A DNA stretch of 57,474 nt, the filler included, from Ionaspis alba (Eukaryota): the NCBI GenBank assembly GCA_964255285.1. It is 4 parts of 4 records of this genome, joined end to end, with 100 filler letters (N's around TTAATTAATTAA, not from the genome) between each part and the next. Parts side by side here need not be neighbours in the genome. Positions count along the whole stretch, not along the records: positions 28,824 to 43,102 come from CAXUUL010000428.1; positions 43,203 to 57,474 come from CAXUUL010000429.1; 2 more parts are not named here. The stretch is one strand, 5' to 3'. The notes beneath the pieces were generated by a model that saw only the letters and a list, made by a program, of their open reading frames with translations, made no database searches and was not told the DNA's origin. This document shows, piece by piece, positions 36,453 through 45,025 of this stretch (position 1 is the first letter of the stretch; every line of letters starts with the position of its first letter). The translations under genes and the position numbers were made by a program.

Positions 36453-36594
36453 AGCATAAAGCACCTCATACCGTCTTCTGTTTTACTGCCAAGTTAAGCT
36501 CTCAGTCATCCGTAAAAGATCCAGCCTCTCTGCCACCAGCCTACAATACTAACAATACCAACTCTACGGCTGGCAATTCAGACCCACCAGCTCC

Positions 36595-37713
36595 ATGATG
36601 GACGACGAAGATTCCATCCAGACCACGACAGATACCCAGTCTTGGGAATGGGTCAGCACCCACACCACGCAATTCCCCATCAGCAGTCCCATCAACCATC
36701 AGTCTCTACACATCCACCCTACCCTGCTTCTACAGGACACCGCCGATGTCCCCGTCATGGATGAGAATAGTGCGATGGCTCCGATACCACCCCGATACCG
36801 CCAGGGTCCTACGCCAGCTGCCAGCAACAATGCTGTCGATGTCGCTTTTATGGTAGCATTGTTTATGGAGGTCGGCCGGGTGGCTGCAGATCAGATGACC
36901 GAGCGTGAGATGGATCTGCTTCCTCGATCTGCAAGCATTACCCGCAGCGCCATCCGACGTGATTGGACTAGCCTCAACTGCGAGGAAATCAATCAGATGC
37001 GAGACTTCATTGAAGATCAAATCAGACAGGAGTGGATTCAGCGAAATGAAAGTTCTGGTCGTGACCTTCCAATAAATTTCGGCTGGACTTTCGCCCGAAT
37101 TACTCGTGGTTCTCTACAATGCCGACTGGTCATGGCCGCAGGTTGGTTTTGTTACAACTGTTGCAAGGCCTCGTTGAGCCCCACTTCCACTCCTTCCATC
37201 ATTGAGGTCATGGGTCTTAACGAGGCTGCCTATGAGTTTATCGGTGAGCACGAGAGCCAAGGATGCTCACTTAGCCAAGCTTTAAGGGAATACTTCCGCG
37301 CAACCGAATATCGCAAAGGCAAATGCTCGTATTGCGGAAAGAACGTCCCTCGGCAGCTGAGACTCCTCTGCACGACCTGTCCTGCCCGACTCGTGCTCGG
37401 AAGCGATTGGTGGCGCTCGGATTTCACATCTCCTTCCCCCTTCGACGGGATGGAATTTGAATATCACAGTGTGACAGGCGAATGGCGCGACGTACGATAC
37501 GCCTGGCAATGTTGTGTCGGTGTGGGGAGGATGACGGGGCGGTACCAACTTGCATGGAAGATGTCGGAATGGATGGTCTGGGTCTACGGCGAGAAGGATG
37601 ATGGTAGTGTGGAAATGATAGGGTTGGATGACTTTCAACGCCGCATCGATTCCATCGAGATGATGGTGTACACTCGCGTGGAGGATGAACCGATTACTGT
37701 TACGTTCCGGTAG
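36595..37713 (+). CDS. catalytically inactive paralog of the USP-like peptidase
   Basis: colinear with 33278-34711 (PxPPRYRxGP, MEVGRV..DQ, DW..L, WFC..C.K, CxYCxK, PxRLVLGxDW, YxSV, YxWQ) but NSCAYD->SNNAVD and AHF->GRY. Confidence 0.75.
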   Translation: MMDDEDSIQTTTDTQSWEWVSTHTTQFPISSPINHQSLHIHPTLLLQDTADVPVMDENSAMAPIPPRYRQGPTPAASNNAVDVAFMVALFMEVGRVAADQMTEREMDLLPRSASITRSAIRRDWTSLNCEEINQMRDFIEDQIRQEWIQRNESSGRDLPINFGWTFARITRGSLQCRLVMAAGWFCYNCCKASLSPTSTPSIIEVMGLNEAAYEFIGEHESQGCSLSQALREYFRATEYRKGKCSYCGKNVPRQLRLLCTTCPARLVLGSDWWRSDFTSPSPFDGMEFEYHSVTGEWRDVRYAWQCCVGVGRMTGRYQLAWKMSEWMVWVYGEKDDGSVEMIGLDDFQRRIDSIEMMVYTRVEDEPITVTFR

Positions 37714-37760
37714 TTGGAAAGCACCCATAGAGCTCACTACAGTGAATCCAAATCGTGGCA

Positions 37761-37788
37761 GTTTCGAGACAATCGATCATCTCGAAAC
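37761..37788. repeat. palindrome copy GTTTCGAGACAATCGATCATCTCGAAAC
   Basis: read directly; about 48 nt 3' of the stop at 37713. Confidence 0.95.
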
Positions 37789-38429
37789 AAGTGACTGTGG
37801 TGACATCACATGCGACCTAGTGACATGTTTGTGTGTTGTACAATGGTTTATCCTAGGTTCGCGATATGGAGGCTCGCTTCTACAAAGACATTGTGGGAAG
37901 CTGACAGGTCTTGACCCGCACCCTCGTTGCGAGTAATCTTCTACCAGAACCCGTCTGCCACAATCGGCCTCCTCCGAGCATTCCCCGACTTCACCTTAGC
38001 CCAACTGCCACCTGGTTGTGGCGACTGACAAGTATTGGTAGCACGAGGCTTTCTTTCCTTTTTGAGTTGAGGATACACCTTCGGGTCGAAGGCGATAGCC
38101 CTAGTGCCATCCTTCTTGGTCCAATATGACCATCCGCAAGAATGCCAGGCTCGGGGCAATAGTGATATCCCCACCTCCAGCCAAACTGCCTTCGCGCGAC
38201 ATAGCGGGCATTTTTGGAGTGGGTCTGCAAGCCACTTCGTCCGGTCAGTACAAGTGCACTATTATGGGACCAACTGCCCTGAACTTACCCGCTCGAGGCA
38301 ACTGGAGTGAAAGACGTGTTGACAGCACATGATACGGAGGAGATGATCGTACTGTTCATATTTTTCCAAACACACAGAGCATGCTACGCGTAGTCAGCTG
38401 AAGAGCCCTAACCCAAATATCTCATATGT

Positions 38430-38654
38430 TTACCTGGTGTTTCGATCGGATGATGCGGCTGTAGAGTCGTGGGTTTTTCTTTTCTGCCCGAAGTCGTATT
38501 TATCCCAGTGTCGATTTTGTCTGTGTATATTCAGTCTTTCCATCCAGTCAGAACAGCAGTGGTGAAACCAACCTGGCTTTGTAATCTTTGGTGGCAGTGG
38601 GATCTGCTGACCCGTCGGATCGTACAATCTCGCGATGCGCTTCCATCGCGCCAT
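38430..38654 (-). CDS. small hypothetical ORF (74 aa)
   Basis: ATG-started ORF in the element, followed by the AGAGCCCTAA motif also found after the 1335-aa gene; no recognisable domain. Confidence 0.25.
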   Translation of the reverse strand: MARWKRIARLYDPTGQQIPLPPKITKPGWFHHCCSDWMERLNIHRQNRHWDKYDFGQKRKTHDSTAASSDRNTR

Positions 38655-38869
38655 GGTTTATGATTTCACTGACAGATCCCAAGTGTGAGTATTGCAGTAT
38701 CGTGACTGTAACCTCAAGAAAAACTACAGCCGTAGAAAGAAAAGATGAATTGGTGGGAGGTAAGGGATGGGAGGTTGTCTCAGAGGTCGCAACCGCGTTT
38801 CTGCGAAATCAACAACGCCATATTAGATTGATACGGGTCACTGTCCTCGATCCTAACTAGAGCCCTAAG

Positions 38870-41800
38870 CTAAACGCTCATAATCGTCAATTGACGTTCC
38901 ATCTCCTCCGATGTCCAATCCAGCATACGAGGCAGAGCGTCGGGCGTACCTGCACGAGCTTGGAGTTTGCCCCATCCTCGATAGTCTGGCTTTCGAGGGT
39001 CAAGCAGTAAAGACCACCACACCCGATGCCCTCCAATCTTGCTCACGGAAATCATACATCCTGCCGCCGCCGTGACATCGGGCACGGGATATATCCAGTG
39101 ATAACGCACCAGTTCTGCTTCAAACTTCCGCTCCCAGCTGCTTTCAGGATCCACCTCTGGGGCATAGGACTTGTATGTTTCCCGAGCAGCCTGATAAGCT
39201 TGTCTGTAGGGCTTGTTGATGAACCGGGTCCGCACCGTTTCCCCATCCGTCCCCCACAAGATGTCAAACAGCATCCCGAATTCTTTGATGGTAGACTTGT
39301 TACCGTTCAACAAATAAGGCTCTCGCCCAAAAATCTCACGGATTGTGGTTGAAGAGAATCCTACCATCGCCTGTACTGCCTTATCGAGCTGGGCAGGATC
39401 AACTTCCTTTTTCAGGGTCGCGACAACATCCCGTCGATACTGCTGCAGACATATGTGTATCATATAGTGGGTGATATAATCGTGGGCTTTTTTGTTCCGG
39501 AACCGCCTGTACCAATGATCACAGTCGTTAATCTGAACGGTGAAATCCCGGACGGCCTGGACATCTTTCCAGTTGGCCTTGTAGTGGGCCATCAATGCCG
39601 AGTTGCCAAACGGTACCTTGTTCCTGAATCTATGTTTAAACATCCTGGCCTTCCAATCAACCAACGGTGCCATCCAACAATAACCGTATCGCAAAAGACT
39701 GATCCGAAAAGCGAGGCCAACGTACGCACGTGTTTCCCCCGACCGCATCACAAGATTTCGAGTACTCCACCACAAGGCCCCTTCACGGGCCAGCTCATGG
39801 GCAACCAGGGAATAGCGCAGACAACGTAGAAACATAGCCATAATTTTGGTTTCTTCCCAGGTGACATAACTACGGTTGCATCGGGCCGCGGTCATTTCAA
39901 AACCCGCTGCGTACTTATTGACGTTATTCCACACATACCGTAGGAAGTTTTCCGTGCGGACCGGCCATACTGCTCGGGATTGTTCGGCTGCATTGTCGTC
40001 AATATCGTCCACAGCGTGGGCGAGCGATGCTTGGTATATCTCCTGAAGAAGGGACCACGATATCCGATGCTCTTCTCGGACCCCGAATGATTTCTGGATG
40101 GAGCCGTTGATTGCCTTATTAACCCGATCTTTGCTGTGTTTGTAGCTTTTCTCCAACACATCCTGCGGGGCTTGGGTGGCATGGGCAGCGGCGGCAGCAG
40201 CAGCGCGGACCCCAGGGTCCAGTGCCAGACCCTCCAAGCCGTCGTTGGCAAAAGGAAAGGTTTTCCCAGCATCGAAGATTTCCTTGAAAGAGGAATAAAA
40301 CTGACTATACACTAAACCGTCCCGGCGGAGCGAGGATTTAGCCGATGGTGTAGATGAAAGGTTGGAAGTATCCCGCAGCATAGCTACGTCGTAGAAGACG
40401 TGGTTACCATTCGGCCTGTTCCCGTACATCTTCTGCACATAGGTTTTCAAGCAGCAGTGGCGCCAGAGAAGGGTCTGGGGCTCGGAGTCTCGCGGCAATG
40501 CTTGCCGCGACAGACAGTGGACGGATGGGCAGGTTTCTTTGCCTAAATCCACATAACAGTCCTTGAGGTCCATGTAATCGGTATCAAGCACCCTATCGAC
40601 AAAAGTAAAAAACTGCTCCAGGCAGCCGTGGACAGTCGGGGCTTGGTCCTGTGCGGGCTTGAATAGAAGTTTGGTGCCTTTGGCGGAAAAAAACAGCTGC
40701 ACGTCTGCAAAATCGTGCAGGCCCGGCGTCGTCGAAACAGTGCGGAGTACATCAATCCAGATCGATTCCAGCCGATCCTGAGGGATGAAATAGGCAAACA
40801 ATTGCCGGGATTGATAGGAGGTGGTCCTGTGGGTCCGACCTTCTGTTTGACGGGCTGTCGATTGTGCACGAGCATGGGCGTAAGAGGAAGGTATATGCTG
40901 TGTGTGGTTGGCTTCCAGATTGGAGTGCAAAGCAGGCAGGAAGACCATATCGGTCCATCGGCGAAGCTGATTGTCATCAAGACACGTGAATTTCTGCCCG
41001 AATTGCCGCAGACGAGGGAAAAGTACGTAGATACCTAGCTCTTTGGCCATGTTGGCGTTTCCCAAGAACAGGTGGGGGGTGTCTTTGATATGCACTTGTT
41101 CCCTGTGAGTCCTTCCATGCTGATCTTCTGACTGAATCTCTTGGTGTAGATGCAGGTCCGTACGGATATTCTGCGTCATCTGAGGGGTGGGATTGTACCA
41201 AATACCTCGCCGAGCAGCAGCAAGGGAATGGACAAAAAAAAGATAGCTGTCGATATCCAATGCTGTTTCTGGCTGGCTGGGTTCCGTCTTCTCCGCATGA
41301 AGGCAGATGCTGGGCGGCGAACTTCCTGCCTGAGCCGATCCGGTATACCAGTTGCGGAACTGTCGGTTGCAACCAAAATCTATATTGTGTTTTCTGTCCT
41401 TCAACATTACATCGTAACCCAGGACCTTGGGGATATCGTGGAAATAGGCGTTTGCAAGCGCGTAATGATCGACAACATCAAGATCATGGAGCCGGCTTTG
41501 CTCTTCGTGCTCCTTTTCGGAGCAGCCATCGAAGGATTTCAACTGGGCCAACAGTTTCAACGCAGTATCGGAAAATCCAGGTCCGGAAGAGTGGTCTAGA
41601 GATGACAGGTCAAGATGCGGGGTTTCGAGATGATTGTCATCTCGAAACTCCTCATTGCTGTTCACCAATATGGGCGCAACAAGATTCGGGGTTTCGAGAT
41701 GACTGTCATCTCGAAACCCCTCAATGCAACTTGCCGCTATCGAGAGTACAGACGGCATCGAAGGCAAACCCTCAATATCCGATGGTCTAACATTGGATCC

Positions 41801-42877
41801 ACGACGTACAGCCTGCAATTTATGATTATCAGCTGGTGTCGGTCGCGGCATTGTTTCCACAGATGATATGGGGGCAAAATAGCTGCGAATCGAAGAACCA
41901 GTGCTTGGCTTGTATGAGCTTGGTGAAGGGTTAACTGTTTTCCGAGGGCGTCCTCTGCTGCGGGTAGAAGTATGCTTGGCTGGGGCTTTCGACGTGGCCT
42001 TGATCGAAACATTACCCGGATGGTTGAGAGTACCAGAAGTGGGTGTAACCAACTTTTCTGCCGAATTTCTAATGTCATTGTCCCAAGCATCGTCATCGTC
42101 TACCTCTATTTCGATGTTCCCGCCTGTTTCTCCATCTCTTTTGCATTGCGGGTTGGTGAAAAGGCCGGCCGGAGGAAGTAGGGATGAAGGGAAAGCACGA
42201 TAGGAAGGTTGTTTGTGAATCAAAGTGTTCGAAGAAGACTCCGGACTAAGCGCCGCAGTCAGCATAATTGATTCTGTGGCGTCAGCGACAGCGTTGAATG
42301 TTGACGATTGACTCGAAAGCATCGTCGGATCATCATTTTTGACCCAGGGACTGGATACTGGATGTGGTGGTAAGATATCTGAATTCCAATCATCTTCTAT
42401 GTTCGAAGACCTTGGAGAGGGTAATTGATGGAGATTCGAATTTCTGGATTCAACCGGCATTGATATGAGATCATCTTTCATCTCTAATGCTTGATGGAAG
42501 CTCTGTAAAGATGGACTGGGTGAGACGGAATTGGTTTCGGTTATATCTTCCGACTCGTTATCCGTCGATTCGTTTGAAAAAACATCGAAAGATGCATCAC
42601 TAAAAATCGGCTCGTTATCAGTAGAATGAGCTGTAGGTACTGGTAAATCGTGCTCGGTGGCAATGGTCAAGTTATGAAGTCGTAGTCCGATATTCAGCGG
42701 GGTAGGATGAGTTTGGATATCGTCTGGATTGCTTTGAATAATTGTCATACGTTGCTGGGCTTGCGATTCAGTAACGAAGGTTGTATATGGTTCGATTTTG
42801 GATTGTTGTATTGATTGTTTATTAGAATCTTGTGCTTCTACCATAGAAGTAAATCTGGAATGGGTACGTTTAGCCAT
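38870..42877 (-). CDS. 1335-aa intronless protein: disordered N-terminus with AT-hook, large C-terminal domain of unknown function (putative replication initiator/transposase)
   Basis: uninterrupted 4-kb ORF; RSRGRPRK AT-hook; motifs DIDS, YVDLGKETCP, GLVYSQFYSSFKE, SFGVREEHRIS; functional call is inference. Confidence 0.8.
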   Translation of the reverse strand: MAKRTHSRFTSMVEAQDSNKQSIQQSKIEPYTTFVTESQAQQRMTIIQSNPDDIQTHPTPLNIGLRLHNLTIATEHDLPVPTAHSTDNEPIFSDASFDVFSNESTDNESEDITETNSVSPSPSLQSFHQALEMKDDLISMPVESRNSNLHQLPSPRSSNIEDDWNSDILPPHPVSSPWVKNDDPTMLSSQSSTFNAVADATESIMLTAALSPESSSNTLIHKQPSYRAFPSSLLPPAGLFTNPQCKRDGETGGNIEIEVDDDDAWDNDIRNSAEKLVTPTSGTLNHPGNVSIKATSKAPAKHTSTRSRGRPRKTVNPSPSSYKPSTGSSIRSYFAPISSVETMPRPTPADNHKLQAVRRGSNVRPSDIEGLPSMPSVLSIAASCIEGFRDDSHLETPNLVAPILVNSNEEFRDDNHLETPHLDLSSLDHSSGPGFSDTALKLLAQLKSFDGCSEKEHEEQSRLHDLDVVDHYALANAYFHDIPKVLGYDVMLKDRKHNIDFGCNRQFRNWYTGSAQAGSSPPSICLHAEKTEPSQPETALDIDSYLFFVHSLAAARRGIWYNPTPQMTQNIRTDLHLHQEIQSEDQHGRTHREQVHIKDTPHLFLGNANMAKELGIYVLFPRLRQFGQKFTCLDDNQLRRWTDMVFLPALHSNLEANHTQHIPSSYAHARAQSTARQTEGRTHRTTSYQSRQLFAYFIPQDRLESIWIDVLRTVSTTPGLHDFADVQLFFSAKGTKLLFKPAQDQAPTVHGCLEQFFTFVDRVLDTDYMDLKDCYVDLGKETCPSVHCLSRQALPRDSEPQTLLWRHCCLKTYVQKMYGNRPNGNHVFYDVAMLRDTSNLSSTPSAKSSLRRDGLVYSQFYSSFKEIFDAGKTFPFANDGLEGLALDPGVRAAAAAAAHATQAPQDVLEKSYKHSKDRVNKAINGSIQKSFGVREEHRISWSLLQEIYQASLAHAVDDIDDNAAEQSRAVWPVRTENFLRYVWNNVNKYAAGFEMTAARCNRSYVTWEETKIMAMFLRCLRYSLVAHELAREGALWWSTRNLVMRSGETRAYVGLAFRISLLRYGYCWMAPLVDWKARMFKHRFRNKVPFGNSALMAHYKANWKDVQAVRDFTVQINDCDHWYRRFRNKKAHDYITHYMIHICLQQYRRDVVATLKKEVDPAQLDKAVQAMVGFSSTTIREIFGREPYLLNGNKSTIKEFGMLFDILWGTDGETVRTRFINKPYRQAYQAARETYKSYAPEVDPESSWERKFEAELVRYHWIYPVPDVTAAAGCMISVSKIGGHRVWWSLLLDPRKPDYRGWGKLQARAGTPDALPRMLDWTSEEMERQLTIMSV
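41622..41720. repeat. two tandem palindrome copies inside the CDS (41622-41648; 41688-41720)
   Basis: GTTTCGAGATGATTGTCATCTCGAAAC and perfect GGGGTTTCGAGATGAC-T-GTCATCTCGAAACCCC, 69 nt apart; both encode FRDDxHLETP. Confidence 0.95.
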
Positions 42878-43102
42878 AATAGTTAGAATAGCGAAAGATT
42901 ATTGTGAGATCCAATTATTTCTATAGACTGTAGTACGTAGTAGCAAGACACGACCTAATGACGAAACGCTAAATAATTATAATTTTCTATTACAGCCACA
43001 AATTTTTAATAGCTATATTATATATTTAATAAAAATGATTAACTATAAAATAGAATATCCAAATTTTAAAGAATATGAGAATTCTATTAATTAAGTTAAG
43101 AT

Positions 43103-43202
43103 NNNNNNNNNNNNNNNNNNNNNNNNNNNNNNNNNNNNNNNNNNNNTTAATTAATTAANNNNNNNNNNNNNNNNNNNNNNNNNNNNNNNNNNNNNNNNNN
43201 NN
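43103..43202. other. artificial contig spacer N44-TTAATTAATTAA-N44
   Basis: same linker. Confidence 0.97.
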
Positions 43203-43583
43203 GATTGCTCCAATTTTTCCAGCTCCTCGGTCAGTGTGAGGTTACGCTGTGTTGAAGTGCTAGCCCTAGACATGTTAATTATCACTCAGCCCTCCTGTAT
43301 GTACAATATCCATTAATCTCTAGCAGTAATTGATCGATGGAGCTCAACCGCAAGCCACAAAAACGTCGCGCGTTAGGGTTGACGCGACCGCTATCTTAGC
43401 GGCATCGGCTTCGGTATTCAGGTGTGGCGCAGCAACTGGTCTGGCCCAGACAATGACGACGACTTCCAACGACTTGCTTCCTGCAACCTAGAAGACCACT
43501 GCACGAACTTTCAGCACTCTGCTATAACTGGGAATTTAAACTCTCTCCTCCTTCCTCACTGTCTAATTGACCTGTTCCTCGAC

Positions 43584-44715
43584 ATGCCAGCACCACTTGC
43601 AAAAGGTGAGCCCCTCTATCACCCCACTAAGCGCCCAAATGCGGCGACTTCAGAGAATATACCATGTTGCACGCCGGCGAGCTGTAGCGATACATACATG
43701 AGATCTAGTCGTATAATATGACAGTGTAGTGATGCTGACTATGCACGATATAGGTCTCATTATCTCCATATCTCTTCTCCTAGCCGCCGGACTAGCTGTC
43801 TACGAATCCCCGCAAGTCAGACAATGGGTCGATGAGTCTCGACGAAAGATAGCAATCGCCCTACACAGTCTCGGAGATGAGATCGGACCAAATCGTTCCC
43901 AAAGTGAAGATGCCTCAACCCGTGAAGACGAAAGTACCGAAGCCGCGGAACGGAGACGAAGAGCCCGACAGGAAATACTGGAGCGTGGGAGGGTAATGGA
44001 AGAGAAACGTAGATCCAGATCTGGACAATCTACAAGAGGCAAGAGCTTCGACGATCTTGTCGACGAGGAAGGGAAATTGAAGAAGGCCACGGAGAAGGAA
44101 GCCAAGAGCACAGCTACAGAGACGAAGCCTCAGGACGAAGGATTGAGGAACAGGAACACAGAGGCGAAAGGAGCTGCCATGGGTGCTGCTATGGCCGACC
44201 CATTCGCGGACGAAATGCATATGGATTTCGAGTCACTGCACAGTCCTGCCACAGTCGAGGCCGATGCCTCAACTCCTCCACCTAAAGTCGAAGACAACGT
44301 GCCCCGTTCCTCACCCGCAGTTCTACAACAAGAACAACAAAATCTCGCAACCAATACCGACACCGTCTCCAACCATCCTTCCGAACTCCTCGTCGATCTC
44401 ACGCCTACCACATCCCAAGCCTCGAGCCACAATAACGACCTTGCTGAACTGACCAACGAACCGCCACCACAGCAGCTGAACTATGAATCTGTAAACGAAT
44501 GGGCCGAGCACTCCAGCGCCTCGTTCTACACTCCACCGCGGTCCGAAAACGCAGATCATGACGGTCATCGGAACCCAGCGACTGCAGCTTCCGACGCAGG
44601 TACGGGTGAGCATGTTGAGGCTGGTGATGTGGATGTCGTAAGCGAGCTCGGAGATGGTATAAGTACGCCGGGGAGCTGGACTGAGGTCGGTAGCCAGATT
44701 AGTGATGAGGACTAG
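43584..44715 (+). CDS. conserved fungal hypothetical protein with N-terminal TM anchor; exons 43584-43605 and 43754-44715
   Basis: MPAPLAK|GLIISISLLLAAGLAVYESPQVRQWVDESRRKIAIALHSLGDEI; C-terminal STPGSWTEVGSQISD; canonical phase-1 intron. Confidence 0.8.
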
Positions 44716-45025
44716 GCGTTCGGGTATCGTCTCGCTGGCGCTTCTGAATAAAGACGGTCTCGGAATCTGATATGGATCGCATGGCTTGCATGAGAATCGG
44801 GTGTGTTGAAATACTGCTCCATTTTGTCCATTATTTCCGATATTTCTTGGTCTTTTGCGAGGTTAAATTCTCGTGATAATCAGTGGGTATCGCAAATTCG
44901 TGCCTCAATCATACCAACCTACGAGCTGCGCCAGCTCTTGGCTCTATCTGTCGTCTTTGTAGCGACCTTTCCGTAACACCAAAACTGATTCGTCGTCTCG
45001 TGACACTTTTAAATGTTCTAAGTCA

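Larger units (their letters stand above)
28824..43102. mobile_element. candidate large mobile/accessory element fragment (entire contig 3)
   Basis: no housekeeping genes, AT-rich degenerate ends, a private dispersed palindrome, two paralog pairs, USP-like peptidases and a large putative catalytic protein; termini and target-site duplication not visible. Confidence 0.6.

Noticed and set aside
38406..38411. CCCTAA as a telomere repeat
   Set aside because: Isolated single units, no tandem array
28876..41720. CRISPR array interpretation of the palindromic repeats
   Set aside because: Copies are kilobases apart, there are no regular spacers or cas genes, and the context is intron-containing eukaryotic DNA
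28824..43102. Direct call as Starship, Helitron, Polinton or LTR element
   Set aside because: No recognisable DUF3435 tyrosine recombinase, HUH/PIF1 helicase, pPolB/capsid or RT/integrase motifs; being the interior of a Starship cannot be excluded
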